Below are positions 37,986 through 51,176 of a DNA stretch of 64,000 bases, piece by piece. This DNA comes from Welwitschia mirabilis. Taxonomy: Eukaryota. Numbering within the stretch: the first letter of the stretch is position 1; the number at the start of each line of letters is the position of its first letter. Under the pieces are notes generated by a model. It was not told where the DNA came from. It ran no database searches and saw nothing but the letters and a program-made list of their open reading frames with translations. Made by a program: the position numbers and the translations under genes. The DNA lies in the NCBI GenBank assembly GCA_051453625.1, contig JBOZIK010000001.1, forward strand, positions 14,310,464 through 14,374,463. The letters are read 5' to 3'.

Positions 37986-40249
37986 TATCCCTCTACTTAT
38001 CCTTGTCAGTCCCTGACAAAGTGAGCAATCAACTCTATTGTAAGCTAATTTGACTCAGATAATAAGCAACTAGAAAAGTGGAATTTTAGTTAACTTTTAT
38101 CATGTAGGAATAGATAACAAAAATCCATTAACTAACACAACTACTAATGTATTCATAAGCCCCCTACTTAAACACATCACAAAAGACCGAATGAACATCA
38201 TACACATAAACAAATCATAGAACGAAACAATGAAAGTTTAGAAAATAATAATGTGTATGCATAAATTGAGAAAGTAATGCTAAAACTAATGTTTAAACTT
38301 AAGTAATAATAATATTGAATAATGATGACTAAAAAGTTCATTAATATTTTCTACAAGGACTAAAGTTCAAGAGTAAATATAACATTTTCCTTTAGATGAT
38401 CTAAAATGTTATCGCAATAAAACTTTATGAGTGGGCCACTATGCTGCTACTAGATAAAATTCATGAAATTTATTNNNNNNNNNNNNNNNNNNNNNNNNNN
38501 NNNNNNNNNNNNNNNNNNNNNNNNNNNNNNNNNNNNNNNNNNNNNNNNNNNNNNNNNNNNNNNNNNNNNNNNNNNNNNNNNNNNNNNNNNNNNNNNNNNN
38601 NNNNNNNNNNNNNNNNNNNCCCATAGGTAAAGCAAGATGTTTCAGATTACTCAAAGGAAAAAGGAGTATTGTCATCCTATCTATCATGGGGATGACAGAC
38701 GTGGGATGATAGAGATCAAATGAGAGGTTTTGATAGATTAGGAAAATTTTGAAAAAGTTTAAAAGCAAGCAAGTAATTAAAAAGCAGTAAAAAAAACAAA
38801 ACGAAAGTAAAAAGTAAAGAACTTAGCCTAAAAGACATGATCATGAGAAAAGATACTTATGAGATCATAATAATGCATGAAGTAAGTAATGCTCAGACGT
38901 ATTCCTCAAATGTATCTAAAACTCTATGAGTATTCAAGATGTCATAAGTGAATGTATGCAAAATCAAAAATAAAACACAAAAAGCATTAGCATAAAAGAA
39001 ATACATTAATCAAAGTAAAAGGAATGTATTAATTAAAAGTGCTTAGAAGAAAAACAACCCTTATAAAAAAATTCATAAAGTAAAAATAAAAGACAACTAG
39101 AAAACTATCAAATGATCAAGTCCTAATTATTATGTAGAAAAAGATACAGCAATGACTTTGAAAATTCTAAATAGAACAAATAAGAAAAAATATAATGAAA
39201 ATGTATTACTAGGAATATAATGAATATTTCTTACCCATCCAATATTCCATCCTAGAAAAGTTCCTTGNNNNNNNNNNTCATAAGTTTTCACTCCAATAGG
39301 TAATGATTATGATGATGTCAAGTATTTCTACTATTATCAAATAATTAATGATAATATAAAAAGCTATTAAAACATAAACTTAGGAGCTATCATATAGAAA
39401 CAACACTAGAATCTAAAAAATTAAAGTAATCATGTGGAAGTATTATAAATAAGTAAAGAAAATAAGTCTAGAAAATAAGCAATGACTCTGAAGACATCAG
39501 GGACATTATTTATCTCATATCCTCTAAGTACATTTTTATTTTACCATGATAAAGAGTGTGCAACCACTATTAGAGGAGTAAGGACCTATACAGCATAGCC
39601 AACTGACCTCCCAGTGGAGTTTCTACAACTATCATATTACACTTCCAATGGCCCCTCTTGGGAATATTTGCCCTGGTGCACTTAGAGTAGGACATCATAG
39701 GAGTCATGTTTTAAGATATAACATGAAAGAATATGAATTGATGAGATGAATAACAAGGAAAAACATGCTAAAACAACTAATTATTCACACTATTAAAAGA
39801 GAACAAAAGAACCAATTTTTTTAAGATGAAGTTCATAGATATACGAATGTTTGAAGATTGGATAAAGTTAATCTTATCATTTAAAATGTCCAATTAAAAT
39901 ATTTACTAATCATGGAAACTTTATAAAGTAAAAAGTTAGTTAAGTTAAAGATGTTTAAGTGATAGCATGACATTTACCAAAAGAATCAATTAAAGAAGAA
40001 TTTAGATAATGGTAGGGAAAAAAATCTAAGACAACTGCTTCTATCATGTTCGAGGTTTAATCGATAGATATGTCAATGATTTTTAATCTTTTATTTATTA
40101 ACTTCTGAATTTCCCAAGTTTTTAGGTTGAAAGTTTCAACAAATCCATTTAAAGATGTATTTTTCTGAAAGATAAGGATTTAATCATGAAGATATTTAAC
40201 TAGTTGTGGAAAACATGCACTCAGGTATTATATTCTAGAGGAAAATAAG

Positions 40250-42170
40250 GATTAAACCAAATAGAAACCAATTGATAAAACATAAAAGGTATGCAATCAT
40301 TTTGGAGTACAATCAATTGGAGGTAAAGAGATTAAAAAGATAAAACATGAAAAAACAAATTTTAAAATCCAAATAAGAGATAAAAAGGTGATAAATTCTA
40401 TTGACAAATAATCTCTTATAAAAACATTACAAATTAAGAATATCATGATACAATTCATTCAAGGTACTACTCAAAGAATAAATTCAAGAAGGTTTTAATG
40501 GCTTTTGAGAGTGTTGAATAAGATTGAAAATCTCCTTAAGATTCAACTCTAAGCATGGGTTATTATTAAGAAGATAAGGTTTATCCCAATTTAAAATTTC
40601 AGATATTTAAAGNNNNNNNNNNNNNNNNNNNNNNNNNNNNNNNNNNNNNNNNNNNNNNNNNNNNNNNNNNNNNNNNNNNNNNNNNNNNNNNNNNNNNNNN
40701 NNNNNNNNNNNNNNNNNNNNNNNNNNNNNNNNNNNNNNNNNNNNNNNNNNNNNNNNNNNNNNNNNNNNNNNNNNNNNNNNNNNNNNNNNNNNNNNNNNNN
40801 NNNNNNNNNNNNNNNNNNNNNNNNNNNNNNNNNNNNNNNNNNNNNNNNNNNNNNNNNNNNNNNNNNNNNNNNNNNNNNNNNNNNNNNNNNNNNNNNNNNN
40901 NNNNNNNNNNNNNNNNNNNNNNNNNNNNNNNNNNNNNNNNNNNNNNNNNNNNNNNNNNNNNNNNNNNNNNNNNNNNNNNNNNNNNNNNNNNNNNNNNNNN
41001 NNNNNNNNNNNNNNNNNNNNNNNNNNNNNNNNNNNNNNNNNGTGGACTTGGTAGAAAAGGAAATAATTTTAGTTTGAGTATCACATAAATTTTTAAGGAA
41101 AGAGATTTAGAGATAGGAGAAATAGAATTTTTGAAATGATGGATGTTATGACAGTCAAGAAAAGAAACATGGCCTTTCGAATTATATGAATATGTAATTG
41201 GAAGAGATGGAGAAAGATTGTCATTATCAAAATCATAAGGTAATTTGAAGGTGAAAGTAGAAGTGGAAGAAGAAGTGGAGGGAAGGATATGATTAGAAAT
41301 TGTGCATCAAGAAATAGATGTAAAAGTATGAGTAGAATGAACAAGTTTATCCTTTATGAAGTTTGAATAAATCTTTATGGATCCTTCATTGTAATCAATT
41401 TTGTCACTATCGGCTTAATCATTAATGGGTTGGATTGTTTCTTTACTTTCCTTATCATTATTGATAGTTAAACATTCCTTCTATTGTTAAATATTGCTTT
41501 CATTCTCTAGGTTATTAAATTTATAAAAATGATTATCAAGAGAAATAAAAGCATCATTTGAATTATTGACTAAAAAATTTTTAAAATCTTTATGAATGGA
41601 TTCCTCATCTCGATTATCTAACAGTAAATGAATGATAGGAGTATAATCTAATACTTCAATATCATCCCCTAATGATTGGTCATCCTCTTCCCAATTGTTG
41701 AAAGATTAGATTAAGTTATTATTATTTCCTCTTTTCTCATCTCTAAATGAGTAGGATGTTAAAGTTTGATCTACAATTTCATTTTTAAGTTGAAACCAAG
41801 AATTATCATCATTTGTTTCTAACTTTTCTTCATTTTTCTCAAGGTTGGATAAAGTAGAATAGTTGTGAGGATGTTGCATTGTAAAAGATCATTAAATATG
41901 TAATAGTATTTATTGCAATATTTCAATTAAATTTTATAATTTTTGATTAGTCTTATCTAGTCTTTTATTGGTATGTTCTTAGTTGTTCTTTATTTCATCA
42001 ATTATTTCTTACATAAGATCATTTTCTTCCTTGTAGTGGTTCTTAAGTATGGTTCATCTTTATAGTAATGCATGGTGAATGGTTGGGATTGACAAAAATG
42101 ATTGTAAGAAGTCTATTTAAATGAGGTGGTATTCCTAAAATGTGGAGAATCTTCATTGTCATTTCTATTC
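40250..42170 (-). pseudogene. Degenerate gag-C-terminus-like low-complexity ORF of the nested element
   Basis: Minus strand reads PPHFK*TSYNHF...EIIDEIKNN*EHTNKRLDKTNQKIIKLIEILQ, similar in character to the Q/N-rich linker and coiled coil after the zinc knuckle at 9440-9700. No capsid motif seen. Confidence 0.35.
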
Positions 42171-43281
42171 GAGGTTTGAAAAGAAGAGGGAAAAAATAAG
42201 AAGATTGAAAATAGGAAGGGAATAGTTCCTATTTTTGACATCATTTTATGATGGTCTTACTATTTTAGTAAAAATTTTTTGAAGTGTTTTCTTACTATTA
42301 TCCTCAACATTTTACAAGTTTCTTCTTCTTTCAAAAAGAAGTTCCACAATAGTCCTTCTCTTACTATTCATTGAAGAAAGTGAGAAGAATGGAACAAGAG
42401 TACTTTATTTTAAGATGGTAAGGAAGATAAGTACACAATGAAGATCAAGTTTCCCTCTCTTAGATGTTTCAGTGTTTTATTAAAATTATTGGTCGTTAAT
42501 ACTTAAAAGATGTGTAATGACTATCTACTTTAGCTATCATGAAAATAACTAATAGAATAACTATAAAGAGAAAGGAAAATCTAGTTCTACAATAAGAGAA
42601 AAAACTTCTTGAAACTTGCATATCCATGATGTGTGTATTTGAATTTTGCTTGAAGTAGAATGATCCTGCTCTAATACTTTCTTCAATCAAGTTTCACTCT
42701 CTTTGATATTTTGTCTTTCTGTTAGAGTTCACTATGTTCCTTGATGCACAAATAACAAACAAAAAATCAAAACTAAAAATAAGAGCCCCTCGTCCACCTT
42801 ATTATGGGGATGAGAGGGGAGATAACAATCACACAAAAAACCAAACTATTAAAAAAATTATAGATAATAAAAAATTAAATTGTCATCCTATCTATTGTGG
42901 AGATGACAGAGAGGATGACGTTCACACTAATAAAAAATCAAAACTTAAAAAACTTAACAGAAAAATTACCAAAATTAAAAACTCAGAAAAAAACTATCAT
43001 CTAGTATATTATGGGATGACTAAGAGGATGATAATAATTTTATTATCAAAATAAGAATAGAAGAAAAATTGCAAAAGTGAAATTAATTTTGAAATTACAA
43101 AACTATCACTTCCAAAGTCATTGGGATGAGACATAGGATGAAATTATGAAAAATAAAAATTGCAGAAATAAATCTACTTTAAAGTAAGCTAAAAATACAG
43201 TACTAATTCAAATAAATAACCTAAACAAAAGATTCAAGGTACTTATCTGGTTAGTGAAAATTCTCTAGCTCCTTGCAACCT

Positions 43282-43299
43282 TCCCTGGCAATGATGCCA
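43282..43299 (-). promoter_or_regulatory. Primer-binding site, tRNA-Asp type (Athila)
   Basis: TGGCATCATTGCCAGGGA versus the canonical TGGCGCCGTTGCCGGGGA, 3 nt from the LTR. Confidence 0.85.
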
Positions 43300-43302
43300 A
43301 AA

Positions 43303-44674
43303 TGTTGTGGTCTAAATTTATGTAATCCTAAAGTTCTTTAAATAAATCAATAAATCAAATGACTTGTAGAAAACACAGACTAGTATAGATGGGAGTTCAC
43401 CCAAATGTTATAATCCTAATGAAGGCATTAGACTAAGAGTTAAAGAATTGATTTCTAAGATGTTTTTGGTCTTTTATCTTATAAAAACTAAAGGTAAATA
43501 AATAAGTAAATGTAATGCAAGTGAATGGAAATGAAATGCAATATGGAAATGGAATGAACTCTCTTGGTTCCTAATCCTTCTGTCACAAGGACTAGCTTTC
43601 CTATAATTCAGATCAATTTAAGAAGAGTATTCAACTAGTTTGTAACTAACATAAAGTATGAGATCTACCAAGTAGAATATAGAAAGCAATGTAAAATGGA
43701 ATGAAATAGCAATGCAAATTTAATACTAACTAAGATCAACCTTAACAAAAGTTGTCTTTATGATCTAGATAAATCACAAAGTTGTCACTCAAACTATCAT
43801 CAATGTAAACCATAAGGGACATCATAGAATTGAAATGAAAGTATCAATTATATTGATTTATAGAGTAATTAGATAATTTTAAGAACTTTACATCCACTTA
43901 CAATAGAATTAGAACATCTCAATGGAAGAGACTCAGCCTCACACCAAGGAAACACCTTTCTGTAGTCATTAGATGGACCTCTTACCTTTCAATCTTCCGT
44001 CATAAGCATATCAGGTATAAAAGATGGAATAGAAAAAAAGAATGACAAGTGTATTTATAGTTTTACATTGAAAGTTCTAGAAATGTAACCCTAAAAGTCA
44101 AAGAGAAAACCCTAGCATTCTAAGTGGGGTGCATGACTCCATTACAAGATAATTCAGTCCTGCATATATAAAATAGTTGTCATCTTGATTGTTATGGGGA
44201 TGACACTAGGGATGATTCCCCTTAATAATAGATAATTAATCAGCTTTTAGCTCCATAATCGACCTTGTAGTTGGCTCTAAATATGTTGTTATTCCTTATG
44301 TAATGAAGATGATAATGAGAATGACACCTCTCCTAAAAAGGTGCTTCATTGACTCTAGGCTCCAATCCAAATTGCTATTGTGATAGGCGAATAGAATTCG
44401 TTATGCCCTTTATAAGGGGGACGATATTAGAAATGAGACCCTTCCAAAGCTTCTTAGGTAAAGCAAATTTGCCTTCTTTCATNNNNNATCTTCCTTCAAC
44501 ATGCTAAGTACCAGAACATACCTAAAATTCCTTCAATTATGCCTAAAATTACATGTTTCCATGATCATCCCATTAACTTTCCATAATCATAAGAATTACA
44601 TCCAAACCTATATAAATGTCCTATAGAAGCACTCCAAATACACCATCAAATTCCTACAAATTGGCATCACAACA
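43303..44674 (-). repeat. 5' LTR of the nested element
   Basis: TGTTGTG...CACAACA termini, adjacent to the PBS and TSD. Confidence 0.9.
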
Positions 44675-45469
44675 TATGCAAAGTTAAAAAATAAAAATCC
44701 TCAAATGTAATCTAATTCATGTAATAATAGAAATAAAAAATTTAGAAATCTTAGATATAGAGTTCAATTATAATGATGTAGAAATGTAAGCATGGAAATT
44801 AAAAAGATGAAATAAAAAAATAATCTTGTAATAAAAATTTTTAAGTTTTTCTTCAACATCTTTAGAACTTATTAAAGTGGGAAAAGAAAAAGATGTAAAA
44901 AAAATAGGAAAAGAAAATTCTTATTTTAAAAAAAGCCTACACAAAGTTAATTAGCCCTATACAAAATCTTGATATAGAGATAAAAAGTTTGAGTAAAGAA
45001 AAATTACAGTAAAATTAAAAGGAAAATTAAAAAATAAAAATAAAAAATAGAAAAGAACTTGTTTGGGTACCTAAAAAAGGACTAGTATCATCCACTTAAA
45101 AAAAATAAAATAAACAAGCATTGAAACTGATCCACTATAACTAAAAAGTAAAGAAAAATAACTAAAAGAAAAAGAAAAAAGAATAATAAGAAATAAAAAA
45201 GCACTAAAGATGAACTGATATCAAAGAAAATTATAGTTAAAAAAGAACTTGAAATGGACTAATATAACTAGAACAATTTGTAGGAAAGTATTCTATTAAA
45301 GTATTTTAAGAAAAAAGGCATTAGAAGAGAACCTGTTTAATTAAAAAACATTGTAAAGTAAGGATAACAAACTTGAAGAGGATTAGTATAATTAAAAGTA
45401 AAAAGAGTAGAAAAATAAATAAAGGAAATACAAAAATTTTTACATTCTAATATAGCCACTATGCCATTA

Positions 45470-45487
45470 TTCCTAGTAATGGCACCA
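45470..45487 (-). promoter_or_regulatory. Primer-binding site (tRNA-Asp type) of the host Athila element
   Basis: TGGTGCCATTACTAGGAA; all differences from the canonical PBS are C>T or G>A. Confidence 0.75.
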
Positions 45488-45493
45488 AAAATC

Positions 45494-46764
45494 TATTATG
45501 GTTAGTTGTTACTATCCTTGTATCACTGTATGTATATTTTTAGTTTAAGCAAGATAACCCTAAGAATATAAATCTAATAAAGCTAAACATAATCTTTTAT
45601 TAAAATTCCTAGGACTTCTATTTAAAGTACAGCCCTAATGTCATTATTTCTAAAGGATAATATGTACTAGATAAAATAGTAAAGCTTACATAAAATTGAC
45701 TTTTGTAATTATCATAGGTTAATTGCATATTGTAAGAGAGAGGAAGAGAAAGTGGATTGTAAACCAAGGAATTAGGCTAGGAATGAGGCATAGTCCTTCA
45801 GCATCTAGCATGATCATAATCAAAATAATGTTAATATTAATAAAAAAGACTTAGTCTATAGTTGTTCTAAAGAATTTATATTAAGCATCCATCAAAGCTC
45901 AAGATAGTGACATAATCTCACTCACCATACAAGTGTTGGTGAAGACTCTAGGTTACCTTAGCTCTCATAGCCCACTTTATAAGTATGAAAAGTAGGAATG
46001 TATTCTAAAGTACATATAATAATAATGAATATAGAGTAATATTAAGATATATATAATCACTTTTAAATATAGAAATCTCAACATACTTCTATTCACATCA
46101 AGTATTATAAATACAAAAAACATGCACACTTGAAATAAGGAAACTAGACTAAAGAAATTTTTAGTACTTTATTATAATAATAAATTAAAAACTACATGAA
46201 TGAAATATTTATTCTAATGTTTGAAATTTTATACTATCCTTAAAGATTGGCTCATTCCTAAGAAATGAACTTAGAAGCTAGACATATCCAAAGCTCCTCT
46301 TAAATTCGAAGATTGGTTATAATTTGAATATGATAAAGTTGCCTTTAAATAATATCTAATTTATAACATAAAAATTAGGAATAGGATTAGGGTTTTAAAA
46401 TTTTGCATAAAATCTAGCCTCTTCAAATTAGATCACCAAGAGCCTCAATGTATTTAGCATCTACTAGTACTCCTAAAATGTGAGAATAAATGTTAAATTC
46501 TTAAGATGACTAACACCACTCAGGATTCCTACTAGTGCTAATAACATTCTAGTAAATCTTCCTCTAGCCTTTTGTTCCATTCTTTATCAACCTTTTAGAA
46601 GCTTGAAAAGTTGAATGATGGAGGCAGACTGTTAGTTTTATTTGAGTTTGACAACATAAATCAAGATCAATCCATAAAAATGTGAAAATCAAAACTTGAC
46701 TAATGCTAAAATGGATTTATTTTCTTTAATTAGATGCTAACTATTATATGTTACCACATAAACA
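45494..46764 (-). repeat. 5' LTR of the host Athila gag-pol element
   Basis: Adjacent to the PBS. The minus-strand start is TGTTTATGTGG, and it is homologous to 28075-28446. Confidence 0.6.
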
Positions 46765-46765
46765 T

Positions 46766-46798
46766 GTGATAAGATTGGTTAAAATCCAATCTTATCAC
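46766..46798. repeat. Perfect 13-bp inverted repeat with a 7-nt spacer
   Basis: GTGATAAGATTGG-TTAAAAT-CCAATCTTATCAC. Confidence 0.9.
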
Positions 46799-48966
46799 CT
46801 AAAATACCAAAAGTAAATTGCTTACATAAAAACTTAAATGTCATTTATCATATAATCAAATAAAGAGATGATTAAGTAATAAAATAACTCAACTAAGCAA
46901 TCTAGTAAATAAATAATTTTGATGATGGTAAAGAAGAGACTCTCCTCTTGGTTAAGAGGATATTCTAAGTTAATTACTTTTATCATGTTCATAGTGTAAT
47001 AATAATCATTAAGTGAGTAATATAGTTTCGACTATTGTTTATTAATCTTTTATTTTTCATTAGATTTTATTTTAAAAAATCTTAAATAAGCTATCAATAT
47101 CTACTTTTTAAATAAAATAAAGATAAACCATCTAAAAACCAACTAATAAAACATGAAAGATATATGATCAATTTTAAAGAAAATTATTTAGTAGTAAATG
47201 ATGTATCTTAATAACAACTTAACTCCGCAAATTTTAGTAGCCTAATAAGAGATAAAGAATTAATTTATTTTAATCTTAAATAATCCCTTATAAAATAGGT
47301 ATAACATATGATAAGCATAATTTCCATTTAATGATTAATATTGTAAANNNNNNNNNNNNNNNNNNNNNNNNNNNNNNNNNNNNNNNNNNNNNNNNNNNNN
47401 NNNNNNNNNNNNNNNNNNNNNNNNNNNNNNNNNNNNNNNNNNNNNNNNNNNNNNNNNNNNNNNNNNNNNNNNNNNNNNNNNNNNNNNNNNNNNNNNNNNN
47501 NNNNNNNNNNNNNNNNNNNNNNTTAAAATTCCAAGAAAATCTAAGTCATGTTTTTTAAAAGTGTAAAAATTATCTAAAGCACAAAGTAATGTAGAATTAT
47601 AAATAGAAGAAAGGGTGTTATTTTGAGTTTTACATGGAAGTACAAGTGGAAGAAATGAGTAAAAAAATTCTTAATATAGTTTGAACCTTCAAGTTTGGTT
47701 GTTTCATTAGATGTGATAAGTCGATTCCCTATTGGATTTTATTGAAGCTCTATGGATTCTTTTTTATTCTATTCCTTACATTATTTCAATTATTGTTTAT
47801 TAAATATCATCATTTTATGAGTTGTTGGATTCATCAAAAATCTCATAAAGAGAAATGTAATTATTATGTCCATCATGTGTTGGAAATTAAAGTTAATANN
47901 NNNNNNNNNNNNNNNNNNNNNNNNNNNNNNNNNNNNNNNNNNNNNNNNNNNNNNNNNNNNNNNNNNNNNNNNNNNNNNNNNNNNNNNNNNNNNNNNNNNN
48001 NNNNNNNNNNNNNNNNNNNNNNNNNNNNNNNNNNNNNNNNNNNNNNNNNNNNNNNNNNNNNNNNNNNNNNNNNNNNNNNNNNNNNNNNNNNNNNNNNNNT
48101 AAAATAAGGTTAGTTGCTATTTTTTATAGTAGGTTCAATGTTTTCCTCATCATTTTGAAGGTGAAAAGAGTATAGATGGTGTATTCTATTAATATCTCCA
48201 CATTCTTGTTAAGTCTATCACTTTAACGTTTACATTAATAAAAAGATTTATATAGGAAATCTATTTATTCTTTGTATTTCTATGTGGAATGAGATTGAGA
48301 TTAATCAAATTGATTATAAAATGCTTCTATAAATGATGGAGAATCCTTATAGTATGGATACTCATCATTATACCTAAATAAAGGTTACAAAGTGAAAGGA
48401 CTTCAATTCCTAGTTCAAACAACATTCTTCAATAGAAATTGTCTTTTTTCTTTTATTTAAAAAAAATAAAAACTTCATCTACTATTCCTTTTAATAAATA
48501 AATGTAGGTAACCAAAGAAGAATGATAAGAATTTATTTTAATGTGGAGTGTAAGAGAAGAAATATAAGGAGAAACACTTTGCGAATTATTTGAAATAAAT
48601 GTAGGAAAAAATGTCTTACTCTGCTCTTGAAGTAAATTTTCATTTTTGATCTCTAGTTATTCTATTAAATTCAATGAAATCTTATTCTATAGTTTATTTA
48701 ATAAAATTATTTTTTTATAGTAATTTACCATCACCAAAAAATCTATGTGGAAACTCCTCATATTCTATGAAGCACAAAGTATAAGTGAAGTTTGTTGCAA
48801 TAAGAGTAATCTCTAATATCATACAAAAAGTAAATCAATAATAAAGATAAAATAAAAATTAATATGTAAGTAAAAGAAAGATATACATAACACTATATAA
48901 GTAGATAATCTTAAAATCATGTTACTCACTTGTGCAGTAAGAATTAGCCTTATAATCTTGAATGCT

Positions 48967-50131
48967 TTCCCAATGATAACACCAAAATATTCATCTCTTA
49001 TATGTGCACCAATGAAATATATTTACTTCTCAATTAAACCTATAATATTAGCACATAACACAAGCAAGTATAGGGTGCAATGAAAATGTCATAAACTAGT
49101 AAAATAAATAAAGGAATATTAAAAGATTAACTCATTTGAAAAAGGTTACATCATTGTTATTAGTACCTTAATTACCTAAAGGAATAAATCAATAATAAAA
49201 GTGAATGGAATGTAATAAAACTAAACATGTAATGAAATAGTAATGCAATTTTATAAATGTAATCAATTAATGAATTTACTAACCTATGATTACTCAAGTT
49301 AACTCATATGCTCAATATCAAAATTACATTCAATCTGGAATAGCATGAAATTGATACTAGCATAAAACATAAGGAAGATAACAAGAGAGAATTTAAAGTA
49401 AAATAACATAGTTGATTTTATTACTAATTACACTTTAAATGCATTAACTTACAAACAATAGTTCCTTAATGGAGGACACATAGCCCAACACTAAGGTAAA
49501 CTTCTTTCACAAGTGGATGGATCCCTTGTTTAATCTGCTTAGTATCAAAAGCTATTTTGATGCAAATAAGATGAAGAATTAAAATTCCTAATAGGGTATT
49601 TATAGGTTTGTATTAGTAGTTACAGTTATTACATAGTTGTAACTAAAGAGAAGTGGTTATAATATAAATTTAGTAATAGATTCAATAATTATTTATCTAT
49701 AGACTTGAATTGGTAGTTATAATTATTTCATAATTGTAAATGAAAGGAAATAATTACAATATAAATTTAGTAATATATTAAATGCTTCTTCATTAGTTAC
49801 AGAACATTGTCCACATAGCTTCATCTAGATAAGATAGAAAATGAAATATATAATTATCCATATCTAATAGTCCACTAATATCCTACTACATCGACCTCTT
49901 CAAATCTAGTCAAAATATCTTCATCTTCTACATTTCTCTAAATGACTAGGGGATGAACAAAGCTTTAAAATTTATTGCTTGACACTGAAATAGCCCTGAT
50001 TTAGTCATCAGATTGAATTGTAGATCCAAAGCATTAAGAACATCTATAAGGCATTCAAAATGATTATGTCACCTTCAATAATGGATATAAAGGTTTGTAC
50101 TTGAGAGATCTTATGTTCTTAAACCTTATCA
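48967..50131 (-). mobile_element. Old Athila-like 5' LTR (~48988-50131) with a decayed tRNA-Asp PBS (48967-48984); internal remnant extends leftwards
   Basis: PBS TGGTGTTATCATTGGGAA. LTR-like blocks AGTATAGGG, TAATGGAGGACACATAGCC..CAC.AAGG and GTATTTATAG resemble the other LTRs. Minus-strand start is TGATAAG. Confidence 0.55.
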
Positions 50132-50329
50132 TTATCTTATCAATTATTTTTTAAAGATATTCTAATGGAGTCATGATTGACAATGCTTAGCAAACATCTA
50201 AAAAAAATAAAGAATTATGGAAAACTATGTCCTTTCATTTATCATTGATAGCAAAGTAACATTTGCTATTGTTTCACTAAAAATATACCTCATATACTTT
50301 ACATATTAATTATGGCTGATTTGGCCTTG

Positions 50330-51020
50330 CAACAATCTAGTATAGGTTATCATGATTCTATTTTTAGGTTAACAAAAGGCTTTTACATGCAAAATTTAAC
50401 ATTCCAAGTAAGAATATTAGATCAATTTCTTAAAATGATATTAAACTCATTGCTTTATCATAAATTGATGTCTTTTACCTTCTCTATTGTATTCCATGTA
50501 ATTATGAATTTCATCATAACATAATTAGGTTTATTTCTATCTTCTGAAGAACATTACAAAAATTGAAAAAATTCTAGTAATAATTCTAGCACTACCATCC
50601 AAGTCCACTAACACTGTTAGTCATTTAAGATAGACTCACTTCAAACTCATGTTCCTACATCCTTTTGGGAATTTCATCAAATTACGCCTACTTGTTAAGT
50701 TAGAAGTTAATCCAGGATAAACCTTCAAACTCAACAAAACATTTTGAAAGTATAAAATAATAACAAGGATGATTCTGTGCAAAATAAAAGATATGACATC
50801 TATTAGCATCTTCATCATTAATCAAAGGATATGTTATGGTCTTTCTTGCATTAGAAGATAAAGAATCCTCCTTTAATCCTACATACCAAATAATTATAAC
50901 TTCCTCCTTAGTTTACTATTCCAATGTATCTCCATTATGTAACAACCCATCAACTACATCATGATAAAATTCTCCAAGCCTTCCCTCATCTATAAAAGGG
51001 CCTTTAGCCATTATTGGAAT
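50330..51020 (-). pseudogene. Possible Gypsy gag remnant
   Basis: Minus-strand HIFYF...LSKCFV.(SLKG-like)..W...FDEIPKRM loosely resembles Retrotrans_gag. Heavily degraded. Confidence 0.3.
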
Positions 51021-51176
51021 GGATCTTTTAGTTGGTAAAACGTGGTGGGAAGACTTAGAGCATTAGGACATCATGACATTTTAAGAATCTTCTTTAGGGA
51101 TGAAATGCTAGTTGAGGAGTCCACTCACTTCACCTCCCTTCATTGATGTAATGTAGCTTTCAAGCTTTAATATAAG

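Larger units (their letters stand above)
36619..44674 (-). mobile_element. Complete non-autonomous Athila-like LTR element (~8.06 kb) nested in the 5' leader of the gag-pol element
   Basis: Paired LTRs at 36619-37985 and 43303-44674. Perfect 5-bp TSD TATGC (36614-36618, 44675-44679), tRNA-Asp-type PBS (43282-43299) and PPT (37986-38000). No protease, RT or INT is recognisable. Confidence 0.9.

Noticed and set aside
36619..44674. Retrozyme (hammerhead-bearing non-autonomous LTR element) or CRISPR-like array
   Set aside because: By eye I found no CTGANGA...GAAA hammerhead core in the LTRs, the element is much larger than retrozymes, and the motif clusters lack a regular repeat-spacer period.
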